Positions 37,201 to 48,374 of a stretch of DNA of 64,000 bases are shown here, one piece after another (position 1 is the stretch's first letter; every line of letters begins with the position of its first letter). The DNA comes from Eledone cirrhosa (taxonomy: Eukaryota), in contig OZ024743.1 of NCBI GenBank assembly GCA_964016885.1, positions 200,632,001 to 200,696,000 on the forward strand. The letters run 5' to 3'. The position numbers and the translations under genes are program-made. A model generated the notes under the pieces. The model was not told where the DNA came from. It did no database searches and was given only the letters and a program-made list of their open reading frames with translations.

Positions 37201-39160
37201 GTCAGTGATGGTGGTGGTAGTGTTGGTGTTGGTGGTGTTGGTGTCAGTGATGGTGGTGGTAGTGTTGGTGGCGGCAGTGTTGGTGTTGGTGGTGTTGGTG
37301 TCAGTGATGGTGGTGGTAGTGTTGGTGTTGGTGGTGTTGGTGTCGGTGATGGTGGTGGTAGTGTTGGTGGCGGTAGTGTTGGTTTTGGTGGTGTTGGTGT
37401 CAGTGATGGTGGTGGTAGTGTTGGTGGTGGTAGTGTTGGTGTTGGTAGTGTTGGTGTTGGTGGTGTTGGTGTCAGTGATGGTGGTGGTAGTGTTGGTGGC
37501 GGTAGTGTTGGTGTTGGTGGTGTTGGTGTCAGTGATGGTGGTGGTAGTGTTGGTGGCGGTAGTGTTGGTGTTGGTGGTGGTGGTGGCAGTGATGGTGGTG
37601 GTAGTGTTGGTGGCGGTAGTGTTGGTGTTGGTGGTGTTGGTGTCAGTGATGGTGGTGGTAGTGTTGGTGGCGGTAGTGTTGGTGTTGGTGGTGTTGGTGT
37701 CAGTGATGGTGGTGTTAGTGTTGGTGGCCGTAGTGTTGGTGTTGGTGGTGTTGGTGTCAGTGATGGTGGTGGTAGTGTTGGTGGCGGCAGTGTTGGTGTT
37801 GGTGGTGTTGGTGTCAGTGATGGTGGTGGTAGTGTTGGTGGCGGTAGTGTTGGTGTTGGTGGTGTTGGTGTCAGTGATGGTGGTGGTAGTGTTGGTGGCG
37901 GTAGTGTTGGTGTTGGTGGTGTTGGTGTCAGTGATGGTGGTGGTAGTGTTGGTGGCGGCAGTGTTGGTGTTGGTGGTGTTGGTGTCAGTGATGGTGGTGG
38001 TAGTGTTGGTGTTGGTGGTGTTGGTGTTGGTGGTGGTGGTGTTGGTGTCAGTGTTGGTGGTGGTAGTGTTGGTGTTGGTAGTGTTGGTGTTGGTGGTGGT
38101 GGTGGCAGTGTTGGTGTTGGTGGTGTTGGTGTCAGTGATGCTGGTGGTAGTGTTGGTGGCGGCAGTGTTGGTGTTGGTGGTGTTGGTGTCAGTGATGGTG
38201 GTGGTAGTGTTGGTGGCGGTAGTGTTGGTGTTGGTGGTGTTGGTGTCAGTGATGGTGGTGGTAGTGTTGGTAGTGTTGGTGTTGGTGTCAGTGATGGTGG
38301 TGGTAGTGTTGGTATTGGTGGTAGTGTTAGTGGTGGTGTTAGTGATGGTAATGGTGCTGGTGTTGTTGGTGTTAGTGCTGCTGGTGGTGTTAGTGGTGGT
38401 GGTCATGTTGGTGTTGGTGGTAGTGTTAGTGGTGCTGGCGATGTTAGTGGTGGTGATGGTGAAGGTGGTGCTATTAGAGGTGGTGTTAATGGTGTTGTTG
38501 TTGCTGGTGTTAGCGGTGGTGTTAGTTACTATATTAGAGGTGGTGATGTTTGTGACGTTAGTGGTGCTCGTTTGGGTGGTGTTAGTGGTTCTGGAGTTAG
38601 TGGTGCTGGTGTTAGTGGTAGTAGTGGTGTGGTGGGGTGGGGTGGTGGTGGTGTTAGGTTGATGTGGGTGTTATTGCCATCGTATGCTCCACCCCTTCCC
38701 CCCGGCTGTCAAGATAAGCAATGTTTGGGTCTTGTTGTAATTGAATGTTACTAGGTTATCAAAGCTTATATTCCAGAATGCTACAAAACTAAAGAACCGC
38801 AAAAGGGTGGTGGTGGTGGTGGTGGTGGTGTTGTTGTTGTTGGAGGTGGTGGTGGTGGTAGTAGTGGTAGTGGTGGTCGTGGTGTTGTTGTTGTTGGTGT
38901 TGATGATGGTAGTGGTGGAGGTGATGGTCATGATAATGATGATGGTGGTGGTAGGTAGAATCCCGACACGGTAATAAAATGTGTTATGACAGTTCAGCTT
39001 TCAATCTACTTTTTATGAATTAATAGGTCGATGGTTCTTGAATCTCGCACCGAATATAACGGGATAGGTGATGAACCAACGAAGGAACCTACACGTGATA
39101 ACTCGACTAGCTACACATTGCAGTGAATTCTTGCTCAAATAACACCTCACCTCTCTTTAA

Positions 39161-39348
39161 CCCTTTAGCATTTAAACCGGCCGTAACTGGCCAGAATTCT
39201 CTCATCTCTTTCAGTCGTTAAGATGTTGTTCTCAAAATAGATAACATCAACATCTCGTAGATTCGATATTATATGAGATAATTATGTAAGATAAAGCCTT
39301 TACCACAAAATACAATAGTATATATAGAGTAATGTAAATGCTAAAGGG
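39161..39348. mobile_element. piggyBac-type MITE (related copies ~45620-45775, 47661-47867, ~51588-52150, ~57270-57490, ~57715-57900, ~62050-62140, ~63030-63220)
   Basis: TTAA on both sides; 14-bp TIRs CCCTTTAGCATTTA/TAAATGCTAAAGGG. Confidence 0.85.
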
Positions 39349-39419
39349 TTAAAAGAAGATATTGCATAATGTAAACCTGTCTGTCGGTCTCGAGCTGGAA
39401 GGCTCATCAGGCGTGAAGC

Positions 39420-39590
39420 GACTGAGAGTACAAGACCCCCCCCCCCCCCCATGGCTAGGAGACCAGTCCATCGCAGGTTTAAACCTTCAGCTATTGTTGG
39501 TACTCATTTTCAGCTGAGTATACTGGAGCAACGTGAAATGAAGTGTTTTGCTCAAGAACACAACACGCATCTCAGCCCAGGAATCGAACA
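39420..39590 (-). mobile_element. tRNA-derived SINE family S2 (related copies ~40292-40420, ~51897-52032, ~62205-62337; opposite orientation ~60705-60830)
   Basis: Recurrent CAGCTGAGTA..CTGGAG..GTGAAAT..AAGTG..CTCAAG..CACAAC..GGAATCGAA; B-box-like motif on minus strand. Confidence 0.7.
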
Positions 39591-41687
39591 AGGGCACATT
39601 GGATAAGTTAATCGTAGGTAAACTATGTTCAACATAAAATACCAATCACGTAGTGACATTGATTTCCTATATTCCAATTTCAGCTGTTTATTTACAATTG
39701 TTGTCGTAGAAAATATTGATTTCTAATTTAGGGACCAGCCCAGCAAAATTTCAGAGAAAGGTAAAATTGATTAAATCGATCCCAGTACTTGATTGGTACT
39801 TTATTTTGATGATCCTGTAAAGATGAAAGGCAAAATTTACCTTGGCGATATTTGAACTCAGAACATAAAAAGCCAAAATAAATTACACAATAACATTTTT
39901 ATCCGATGGTGTACCAATTCTACCAATCCAACACCCTTATCGTAAGGAATACGGAATAGCAAGTGGTACGTTTCCACCAATCCAAGTCGCTGAGACGGTT
40001 TCGGTTCTTAGCTAAAACCAGCCCCTCTTCATTAACAGCCCTAATGCTATCGAGATGGTCATTAAAGCCACACAACCATAGAAACCCCTATCTCGATGAA
40101 CTTGTAGAAAGCATTCTAGTTAATAAGGATCTCTGTCGGTTTCCACGACGAATGTTTCAGTTGTTCGAACAATGGAACAGTCCGCTTATGAATTTAACGT
40201 ACAACTGCCTGGGTATTTTACAGGCATGTGCACAGTTCATGTACTTTCCAAAGACATTCAGCATGTCACAGGATACAACTAATATTTTTTCCAGCTGAGT
40301 GGGTTCAGGAAACGTGAAATAGAATGATTTGTTCGACGACACACAGTGTCATCGGGAATCGAATTCACAACCTTACGATTGTGACCTGAAACCAATAACC
40401 AACAAGCTACGCACCTTCCCATTAACCTCTAATGGTACTTGAGACAGTACTGAAAACCACAGGATCTGATAGCCTCCAACTTCCATGAACTTGTATCATT
40501 TTGGTTAATAAGGAAACTATTATTATTTCGCTGTCAAGTGAGAGTATTGGAACAGTAGTTCACGACCTTACCGCAATCGAAGACCTAGTTTATTATAAAT
40601 GTATTTTCCCGCAGACCTCGAGCTATTGAAAGGTTTGATTACTCAACAAACTGGTGGTATCTTAGCTAACTTTGTGGACTCCCTGAGGCCAAAGACCAGG
40701 AACCGCAGAGATTTAGAATAAAACTTCGTATAAGTCAATGCAAAGATGTAATTTCAATTCTCATTTGAAGCCAATTTAGGGTCTAATTAGAAAGACATTG
40801 CTCATGACCCTTTGCAGAACCTCAAAAACTGATAAGAGAAAGAGAGATACTTTAAAATGGAAACGTGACCTTAATGCCTGCAACAGAGTAAGCTCTGCTA
40901 AAGACACCCAATGTTCAGATAGCGACACTAAACCGGGAAAGCCGTTGGATTACTGGCAAAGCATTTTTTTTTGGGGGGGGGGGCATATGTGTAGACTGGA
41001 TCAACGTATACAATACACAGCTGGAATTGAACTCACGATCTCAAGGTAAGAAACTGAAAATCTCTAACCACTAAACCGTGCACTATTACATTTTATTACA
41101 CTGATTTTTGTCAATTCAGACCAACTGATTTTCATTTTTTATCAAGCAAGTAACGTAACTCTGTATCATGATGTCTAAGTGTTATCTCCCTTTAATAAAT
41201 CATATTTTCTGTTTAATTTATTTATTTATCGTGACAATACTTTTTTTCATTGAATATTTTTTTGTTTTTCTCATTCTGCTGTTTTCTAACGAAGAATCAC
41301 ATTCCAGCCATGACCATCTTTTCTGTTCACTAGGCACACATTATATAAAATATCCTTTGTTAAGGTTGTCTGATTCGAGAAAAACGTGGCTGCTGGTTCT
41401 AGTATGTCGAGCGATTACGCAAAGGGTCCTAAAATTCTGATTTTTGTTTGAAGAGCAGTTAAGTAGTGAATCATCAGAGGCGTTAAAACGTCATATGAAA
41501 TGCTTTACGGCATTCATTCAAGCTCTTTGCACACCCGAGTTCAACTTCCCAAATCGAAAATAAACTACTTGTCGAATACCGCAGTCTATTCTACTTCTGA
41601 CCCACCCCTCCTCTCTCTATCGAAGAAATCGATTATGTTCAGACTTATAAAAGAGTTGAAATGGTCAGGTTTAAAAATGCCCACGGC

Positions 41688-41833
41688 CAGAGTTGGATTT
41701 AGACCTTGGGGGTACTCAAATACAAAAAAATAGAATACACAAATAAATTGCTACGGTCGTCACTTGTGGGGCCCTCCCACTGCAGGGAGCTCGGGGCAAT
41801 TTCTCCCTTTGCACCCCATTAAATTCGGCCCTG
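41688..41833. mobile_element. hAT-like MITE
   Basis: Imperfect TIRs CAGAGTTGGATTTA/TAAATTCGGCCCTG; 8-bp flanks CCCACGGC/CCTACGAC; related copy at 56189-56472. Confidence 0.6.
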
Positions 41834-41947
41834 CCTACGACACGCTCTTTTTCATGACTGCTCCTCTAGAACACCATCAGGACACTTGGATGTTCAAGTT
41901 AATATATATTTATCTAAATCCCACAGTACTTTACGTAAATATATATA

Positions 41948-42400
41948 TCATCATCATCACCATCATCGTTTAACGTCTATCTTCCACGCTAGCATGGGTT
42001 AGACGGGAGTTGTCCCACTTGAGGCAAGATTGGTCGGGTGACCGTGTCTCGCTCGTATAGAACTATCTGGCAGGTTTTCTACAGCTGGATGCCCTTCCTA
42101 ACACCAGCCACATTTACAGTGTGGACTGGGAGCTTTTTACAGTGTTACCTACATGACCACATTACAGCGTGGACTGTGTTTTTTTGTTGTGACACCTACA
42201 CAACCTCTTTAGTTTGGACTGGATGTTCTATTGTACAAACATACATTTATAGAGAAAGGGTGATGTTGGCAGGAGTGGGAGGATGAAGTAGGGGTGGTGC
42301 ATATTTGGTTAAGAGGTGCCTACTGACTGTAGGTTAACTTTGCACGTAGGGAAGGCAGGTCTTCTGTATTACTGTGTGGCGCCAAAGATCTCGGTCCAGT
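41948..42400 (-). mobile_element. SINE family S3 with (GAT)n tail (other copies ~51685-51870, ~55560-55830; opposite orientation ~50840-51025, ~54395-54735, ~59730-60170)
   Basis: Recurrent CATCATCGTTTAACGTC..GCTAGCATGGGTTAGACG and TTTCTACAGCTGGATGCCCTTCCTAACACC. Confidence 0.75.
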
Positions 42401-42619
42401 GACATTGTCTATATATATCCTTGAACTTCCTTCCCTACCATAAACATGTGCGTGTACTTTGTCTGATAACCTTCCTTTTCATCCCTACAAGGTTGATAAC
42501 ATTATTTTATTCTTTTACTAGTTTTTGTCATTAGACTGCATCAGTGCTGGAGGGTTAATTGATCATATCGACAATGGTACATTTTCTTTTTCAAGTTTGC
42601 TACCAGCCTTACAAGGAAG

Positions 42620-43330
42620 AGGGCATCTGTGGAACTTTTAGCGAGTATAAATCCAAACTACGTCTCATCTAGGTTAAGTCGATCCATAATCAGTTGTACA
42701 ATGACTCTTTATGTAACTTCCATGACCTGGTCTATCAACTTGATCTGTCTAGTGCATTACCTTTGCCTTTGTAATATTTAACGATGATGCTGCAACGGGT
42801 GTAGCAGCATTTTGAGATTACAATAGTGGTGGTTATGGTGTGACCTACCATCCCAGAAACTTTCAGCATCTCAGGAACTATTCTTGATGGGCCAGCTGCT
42901 TTTCCTCTCTCCCTGCTGACTTGTACAGCTGGTCCCTCTGTTGAGTCCTCTTGGCACAGGCTATCTTCCTCTCATACATTCTCATTCATCAGTCTCTCAT
43001 ATTGTCACTGCCAGTCTCTTAGCTTTGTTTCATTGACCCTACTATTCCACCACAAAATCACTTTGTTACTCATTGGACATTCTGCTCCTGCCACATACTT
43101 TGTTTGTGGCCTTTACCTTCTGACAAATTAAGTGACACAATGTCATCTGCAAATCCCAGCTGACTGATTTTAAACCTGCCAGTCGTGATACCCCTTCCAA
43201 GCTGGTTGTGCATGTCAATCCTGTTCAGGAAAATAATGAACAGAAGTGGTGACAATATGCACCTTTGGCAGAGTCTGACTCCCACATTGAATGGTTTTGA
43301 GTTAGCATCATTTATCCAAACACAAATATG
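42620..43330 (-). mobile_element. Degraded LINE reverse-transcriptase fragments (RTE-like)
   Basis: GVRLCQRCILSPLLFIIF..LGFADDIV resembles the QG..LSP and YADD RT motifs. Confidence 0.6.
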
Positions 43331-43788
43331 TATAAGATTAATTAATTGAATATATATCACCTGTTAGCTGATGGAGATACTGAGCTAGCAGGTATTATTC
43401 CTTCTCCCCATTTTAACAAAAACCCACCCACCCTCACTCACCACCATACTTCTAGCCCAATCAAACAGCAATGCTAAAATATCTTAAGCTTTAAATCTAG
43501 CACCACTGTACTATTACTACAATTAAAGTATGAATACTGTGTGTTTTGGTGAAATATCTTAATTTAGGGACAAGAGCAGTCATTTTGTGAGTAAAGGATA
43601 GATTAAATCGACTCCAGTACCTGACTACTACTTTATTTTGTCAACCACGGAAGGATGAAAGATAAAGTTGACCTCAGTGGAATTTGAACCCAGAACATAA
43701 AGAGTTGAGACGAATGTTGCAAAGCCTATTGTTCAATATGTTCACAATTCCGCCAATGCTCCACCCTTAATATGTAGAAATATTAATA

Positions 43789-43890
43789 CTGGGTGTCTCA
43801 AAAAAATGTATACACACTTCAACAGAATTCTAATAAATATTACCTGTACAGGTAATCAAAGTGTGGTATACATTTTTTGGGGACACCCTG
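43789..43890. mobile_element. Tc1/mariner-type MITE
   Basis: TA flanks; ~30-bp imperfect TIRs CTGGGTGTCTCAAAAAAATGTATAC / GTATACATTTTTTGGGGACACCCTG. Confidence 0.7.
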
Positions 43891-44242
43891 TATATATATC
43901 AAGTGTCTTTAAAATGTTAACTCTATAAGAAAATTGAAGACAAAATCTATCTATAATATTGTTGTTACAAATCACAGCTAGTAGGTTTAGCTGGGCTCCA
44001 GAGAGGTTGAATCTCATAGCAAGTTTCTTGGGTATTTTAATGACAGGAGCAGATGTCTTATCAAGAAAAGCAATGATAAATGAAGTGCCTTGTTCAAGAA
44101 TACAATGCTCTACCCAGTCCAGGAAACAACAGTAACATATAAGAGAATATTTAAAACATAGAAGCATATACAAACACCCAACCTACTCTCTCCACACACA
44201 TACACATATATTAATTTAACAGTAAATACATTGTTTCAGATT

Positions 44243-44248
44243 TTTATT
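44243..44248 (-). promoter_or_regulatory. Candidate ALKBH8 polyadenylation signal AATAAA
   Basis: TTTATT on + strand, ~80 nt past the stop codon. Confidence 0.45.
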
Positions 44249-44326
44249 GCTATATACTGAGTGATTCAATAATGATAACATGCTGAATGATATCTGATTA
44301 AAAAAATGATATTATCACCATAACAC

Positions 44327-44998
44327 TTATGTAGAAAAAGATAACTTCTTTAAAACAATACACCAGTTACCTTCATCATAATAGTACTGGAATATCTCCA
44401 CGTTATCAATATTCTGACACAGTTCAACCAGTTCACCATCTCGGAAAACATGGTAATATCGATAGAGAACATCATCGTTACAAACAACAGCGGAGGTTTT
44501 TTTTACTTTTTTAGTCCAGGGTACCAAAAGATCTTGTTGTTTGAAACTGGTACGATTGACATGAACAGCAAGTTTTAAAGATTCCTCACCAGACCCAACA
44601 TTATCAGAACTGATGTTGTTATTACTATTTGTGGGAAGTGTGTTTGGTTTGATACTGCCAGAGTTTCTCTGTAGTTTAATATCTTCTTGTTCTGTAGTGT
44701 CACTGTCAAAGTGCAAGCTATTTATGTTATCACCGATAGTGATACTATTTATAGGAGACAGGTTTGATTTCATGCTACCATTACCAGCTGTTTCTGTAGG
44801 GTGATTATCAAAGTGCAAGCTTTTGTTAACATTAAGTAATATGGAGGGATTGTCCTTTTGGCTTTGTGTGGACTTTTTCTTAATATACTTCGATTCTTTC
44901 TTATCTCTTTCTTGCTCCATTGCCCACACTTGAATGAGAACCTTACCGCCAGGACAGAGCAGCCTGACCAGTTCTTTCACAGCTTGAAGACGACGTTG
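44327..44998 (-). CDS. ALKBH8: ALKBH8 last coding exon (Trm9-like methyltransferase C-terminus)
   Basis: tgatag|QRRLQAVKELVRLLCPGGKVLIQVWAMEQ...VHVNRTSFKQQDLLVPW...RYYHVFRDGEL...YYDEGNWCIVLKK; 672 nt, phase 0. Confidence 0.95.
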   Translation of the reverse strand, partial: QRRLQAVKELVRLLCPGGKVLIQVWAMEQERDKKESKYIKKKSTQSQKDNPSILLNVNKSLHFDNHPTETAGNGSMKSNLSPINSITIGDNINSLHFDSDTTEQEDIKLQRNSGSIKPNTLPTNSNNNISSDNVGSGEESLKLAVHVNRTSFKQQDLLVPWTKKVKKTSAVVCNDDVLYRYYHVFRDGELVELCQNIDNVEIFQYYYDEGNWCIVLKKLSFST

Positions 44999-46133
44999 CT
45001 ATCAGAAAAGAAAAAAAAACATTTTAATCATAATCATCAAAGATTTTGGAGATGATGTTGCAGTTAAAAAAAATAACAAAATTTCACAAAATCATCATCA
45101 TTAAAGATTTTAAAATATTATGATGATGGTATTGGTGATACAATAAAAAAAAGAAGAAGACTATACTGCTGTTAATACCACTACTACTACTATTAGCATC
45201 AATATCATCATTTTATGTCTGTTTTCTATGCTAGAATGGATGGAAGGTTGTCATGGTCTGTGACAAATGCCAACCACCTTACAGGGTGCATTTTATAGTG
45301 GCCTAGCACTACCAAATTACAGAGTGTACTTGGTGTATTTTATCATGGCATAAGTACTAATACCTTACAGAGTATACCACCGGTTACATTTTATTGAGGT
45401 ACCAGCACTACCACTTCAATTTTTTTTAACAATGTGAAACCTTTGGGGAAAAAGCATGAATGTCAAATAATCTTATTACATATATTCCCTATAAATTTGT
45501 TTTTGGTTTTTATTTTTTGTAATATCTAGACAGAGGGAGGAACATCTGAAACTATTTCAAATGCTTTCAATAGAGTGGTCTCCAGTAAAAACACCCAAGA
45601 GTCAGCCAAGTGGCTGTATCAACACTTTAGCATTTACATTACTATTGTATTATCGCAGTGAAGGCTTTACCTCACATAATATCAAATCTATGAGATTTTG
45701 ATATTTATTTTGAGAACAATACCTTAACATCACTATGAGTGGCCAGTTATAGTCGGTTTAAATGCTAAAGGGTTAAACTGAGTGGGCAATGAATTAAGTC
45801 TACTACTCTAGTAGACAGCAGCAAGATTTAAACTCAAAGCACAAAGTAATGGAAGAAATACCACAAAATATCATGTCTGATGTTCTACCAATTCTGCAAG
45901 TTTACTATTCTGGACTAGTACTTTATCACATTAACCCAAAAGGATAAGAAGAAAAAGTTGACCAGAGATTTAAATTCAGAACATAGAGAGCTGAAACAAT
46001 TACTTCAAGGTATTTTGTGTAACATTTTTAGCATTCCTTATATCCACACTGTATTGTTGTGTATATCAGAAAATGAAAAAAAAAAAATCTTGTTAAAGAG
46101 TCTAGTTTGATGAGATAGCATCTATCTACTTAC

Positions 46134-46283
46134 CTTTGAGGACAGATGATGAATAACAGCAATACAAATGCAGGCATCAAAGATATCTGATCTCAGAGGA
46201 ATTGACATCACATCACCTACAAACACCTGAAAATTCCGGTCTTTACAGATTTTCAGGAGGTTTTCACTACGATCTGATCCAAT
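46134..46283 (-). CDS. ALKBH8: ALKBH8 exon (methyltransferase domain)
   Basis: AG|IGSDRSENLLKICKDRNFQVFVGDVMSIPLRSDIFDACICIAVIHHLSSK|GTAAGT; 150 nt. Confidence 0.95.
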
Positions 46284-46681
46284 CTTGAAAAAAAGAAAAA
46301 AGTAAAAAAAAAAAAAAATGAATTAAAAATAGGTTGAAGACATCTAAATCAGTATATCATCAGCATCATAATAAATTTAGATATATCCACAGTTCAAGAC
46401 CTATGTATTTTACACAGATATTCAACCAGAAAATCAAGGTTGATAAAATTAAACAATAACAAACATAACATTATCATCATCACCATTTCCTGTCTATTTT
46501 CAATAATTGCATGGGTTAGACAAGTTGTCACATTTTTATATATTGTCACTTAATCTGAACAGAACCCATAAATATTTGTTCAAGTTCTCTGGGACCTAGA
46601 GAATACTCTGTTAAAGACACCCAAGTGCCAGATGATGGTGTTAAACTGAGTAACACATTCTTATAGAGGAGGCCAAACTCT

Positions 46682-47020
46682 CCAAGTACCGGTCGCTCTC
46701 TGACAGGTTCGCGGTTGTGCCCCTGGCAGTGAAGACTTCTGGTGACCTTGGCAGTGGAGACTTCTAGTGTACTTGGCCCTATGGCTACCTCCCTACTCAC
46801 CACCATAGGCGCTGAGCTGGCCAGCCGCAGGTGTGAGCCTCGTGAGTTGGAATGGCTCTTCCAGCGCATCTCCCTTACCATCATCCGGGAAAATGCCTTC
46901 TCTATTCTGTCCGGCAGGGCTGTGGGGAGGCCAGCACATGGGACCCCATTTGCTCACCATACGGAGATGGGGAGGGCGAGAGAGATGGAGGCAATGACAA
47001 TGGGAGTTCGGCTGTTCTTT
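46682..47020 (+). mobile_element. CRE-type non-LTR retrotransposon 3' fragment in ALKBH8 intron
   Basis: LAVETSSVLGP..LL..IG..L...EPRE..WLFQRISLTIIRENAFSILS resembles the C-terminus of the restriction-like endonuclease domain; GC-rich island. Confidence 0.65.
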
Positions 47021-47137
47021 CATGTTTACTTAGGTTACTATTTTCTATTATATATCATCATTATTATGGTAATATGTGGGTGTATTGCTGAATGGTAAAT
47101 GACAATGACCTTAACTGAGATTAAGCAAGATACATAC

Positions 47138-47293
47138 TTGATAAATGGATGGATTGACACCAAAATACTTTCCATTTCCACAGCCTATATCAGCTACTAA
47201 AGCACCATTTTGGAGTGATTGAAGGAATTCTGTTACTTTCGGCCAAGGAGAGTGTCTTGTGTGACTGAAATGGTCAGCTATTTCATCATAGAC
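47138..47293 (-). CDS. ALKBH8: ALKBH8 exon (SAM-binding motif I)
   Basis: AG|[52 protein letters not shown]|GTATGT; 156 nt. Confidence 0.97.
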
Positions 47294-47871
47294 CTAAAGT
47301 GAGAAATAAATCATTAGATAATTGATAATGAATCAATATTTTATCAGTATGAAATCAGTAATTCAGCAGATAAGAAAAATGTGAGCAAAATAACATTTTT
47401 TTTAGTGTGTGTCAAGTTGTCAGTAAGAAATGAAAGGCTTATTGATAGTGCTGAATTCAGCACTAATGGGTTCTGCCTGAAATGTTAGATTTCTCTTCTT
47501 CTTCTTCACTGCTGCTGCGGCTACTGCCATCATCATCATCATTAGCATTTTTGCACTCACTTTTCAGCTGTGATCATGGACTACATTGTTCAATGTATCA
47601 TTTATTTAAGAAGGTAGGACGTAGCTTCAAGACTTTGTTGCTATTTCTAGCATGGTTTAATCCTTTAGCATTTAAACCAGCTGTATACAGCCAGAATTCT
47701 CTCACTTCTTTCTGTTCAAACTGGCCATAACTAGCAACTCATATTGATGTTAAGGTATTGTTCTCAAAATAAATAATATCAAAATTTCATAGATTCAATA
47801 TTATGTGAGATAAAGCCTTTACTGTGAAAATAAATAGTATATATAGAGTAATGTAAATGCTTAAGGGTTAA

Positions 47872-48089
47872 CTCTTTTGAAATCAACCGGGCCAAAACCA
47901 GATCTGGATCTATGAAACTAGACCAGCCATTTTAAATTAAAATATTCCAACATAAATTTTATATAAGAACCATATGATAAGTTACTATCTTAATAATGAA
48001 ATAATCAATAATTATGTTAAATCCATCCAAATTCTTTATTAGTTAATTAAAATAGAATGTATTGCACCAGAAATACGGTCACGAAAGGG
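47872..48089. mobile_element. Second TTAA-flanked piggyBac-type MITE family (related ~56591-56980)
   Basis: TTAA at 47868-47871 and 48090-48093; ends CTCTTTTG/CGAAAGGG. Confidence 0.6.
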
Positions 48090-48218
48090 TTAAGAAATGT
48101 GAATTGGTTTCACCAAGGAATCAAAGCAGTGAGTGTTAAGTTCAGCTTGTGAAGAGAATTCCTTTTGTTCTATACGTGTTCTCAAAAACAAACAAACAAA
48201 TATTGGTTGATTGGTTAC

Positions 48219-48291
48219 CTGATGGACATGAGTAACTTCTATCTCAGCAGCTCTATTCTCTGATACATGAAGAGATGATGGATCCACTTGA
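48219..48291 (-). CDS. ALKBH8: ALKBH8 exon (linker into methyltransferase domain)
   Basis: ttccag|(S)QVDPSSLHVSENRAAEIEVTHVHQ|GTAACC; 73 nt, phase 2 in, phase 0 out. Confidence 0.9.
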
Positions 48292-48374
48292 CTGGAAAAT
48301 GCAAACATAAATGAAAAATATGTTTTTCATTTTCCAAAATAAGTATTAGATGAATTATAAAAAATAAAAAAAGA

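Larger units (their letters stand above)
12775..38655. repeat. ~26-kb codon-phased G/T-rich array (anchor GTCAGTGATGGT + 15-bp modules; common units 42, 57, 72 bp)
   Basis: Directly visible; triplets GGT/GTT/AGT/GAT/GTC dominate. Confidence 0.97.
12691..38754 (+). other. Hypothetical giant Gly/Val/Ser/Asp-rich repetitive coding frame, broken at ~17590, ~21059, ~35358, ~36137
   Basis: ATG 12691 with non-repetitive N-terminal segment; Cys-containing tail to TAG 38752-38754; AATAAA 38973-38978. Open frames are also expected by chance from NNT triplets. Confidence 0.3.

Noticed and set aside
12775-38655. Telomeric repeat or CRISPR array
   Set aside because: No TTAGGG units, no unique spacers, no cas genes; eukaryotic context
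12560-38662. Very long poly-Val/Leu ORFs in the track
   Set aside because: By-product of GGT/GTT periodicity; implausibly hydrophobic, non-ATG starts, interrupted by sporadic TAG
38690-38720. Splice acceptor (cttgacag) opening the minus-strand Thr/Asn frame
   Set aside because: An in-frame TAA at 38671-38673 blocks that frame just downstream
39540-39600. tRNA genes at GGAATCGAAC/GATTTGAAC motifs
   Set aside because: B-box-like heads of multi-copy SINEs; no complete cloverleaf seen
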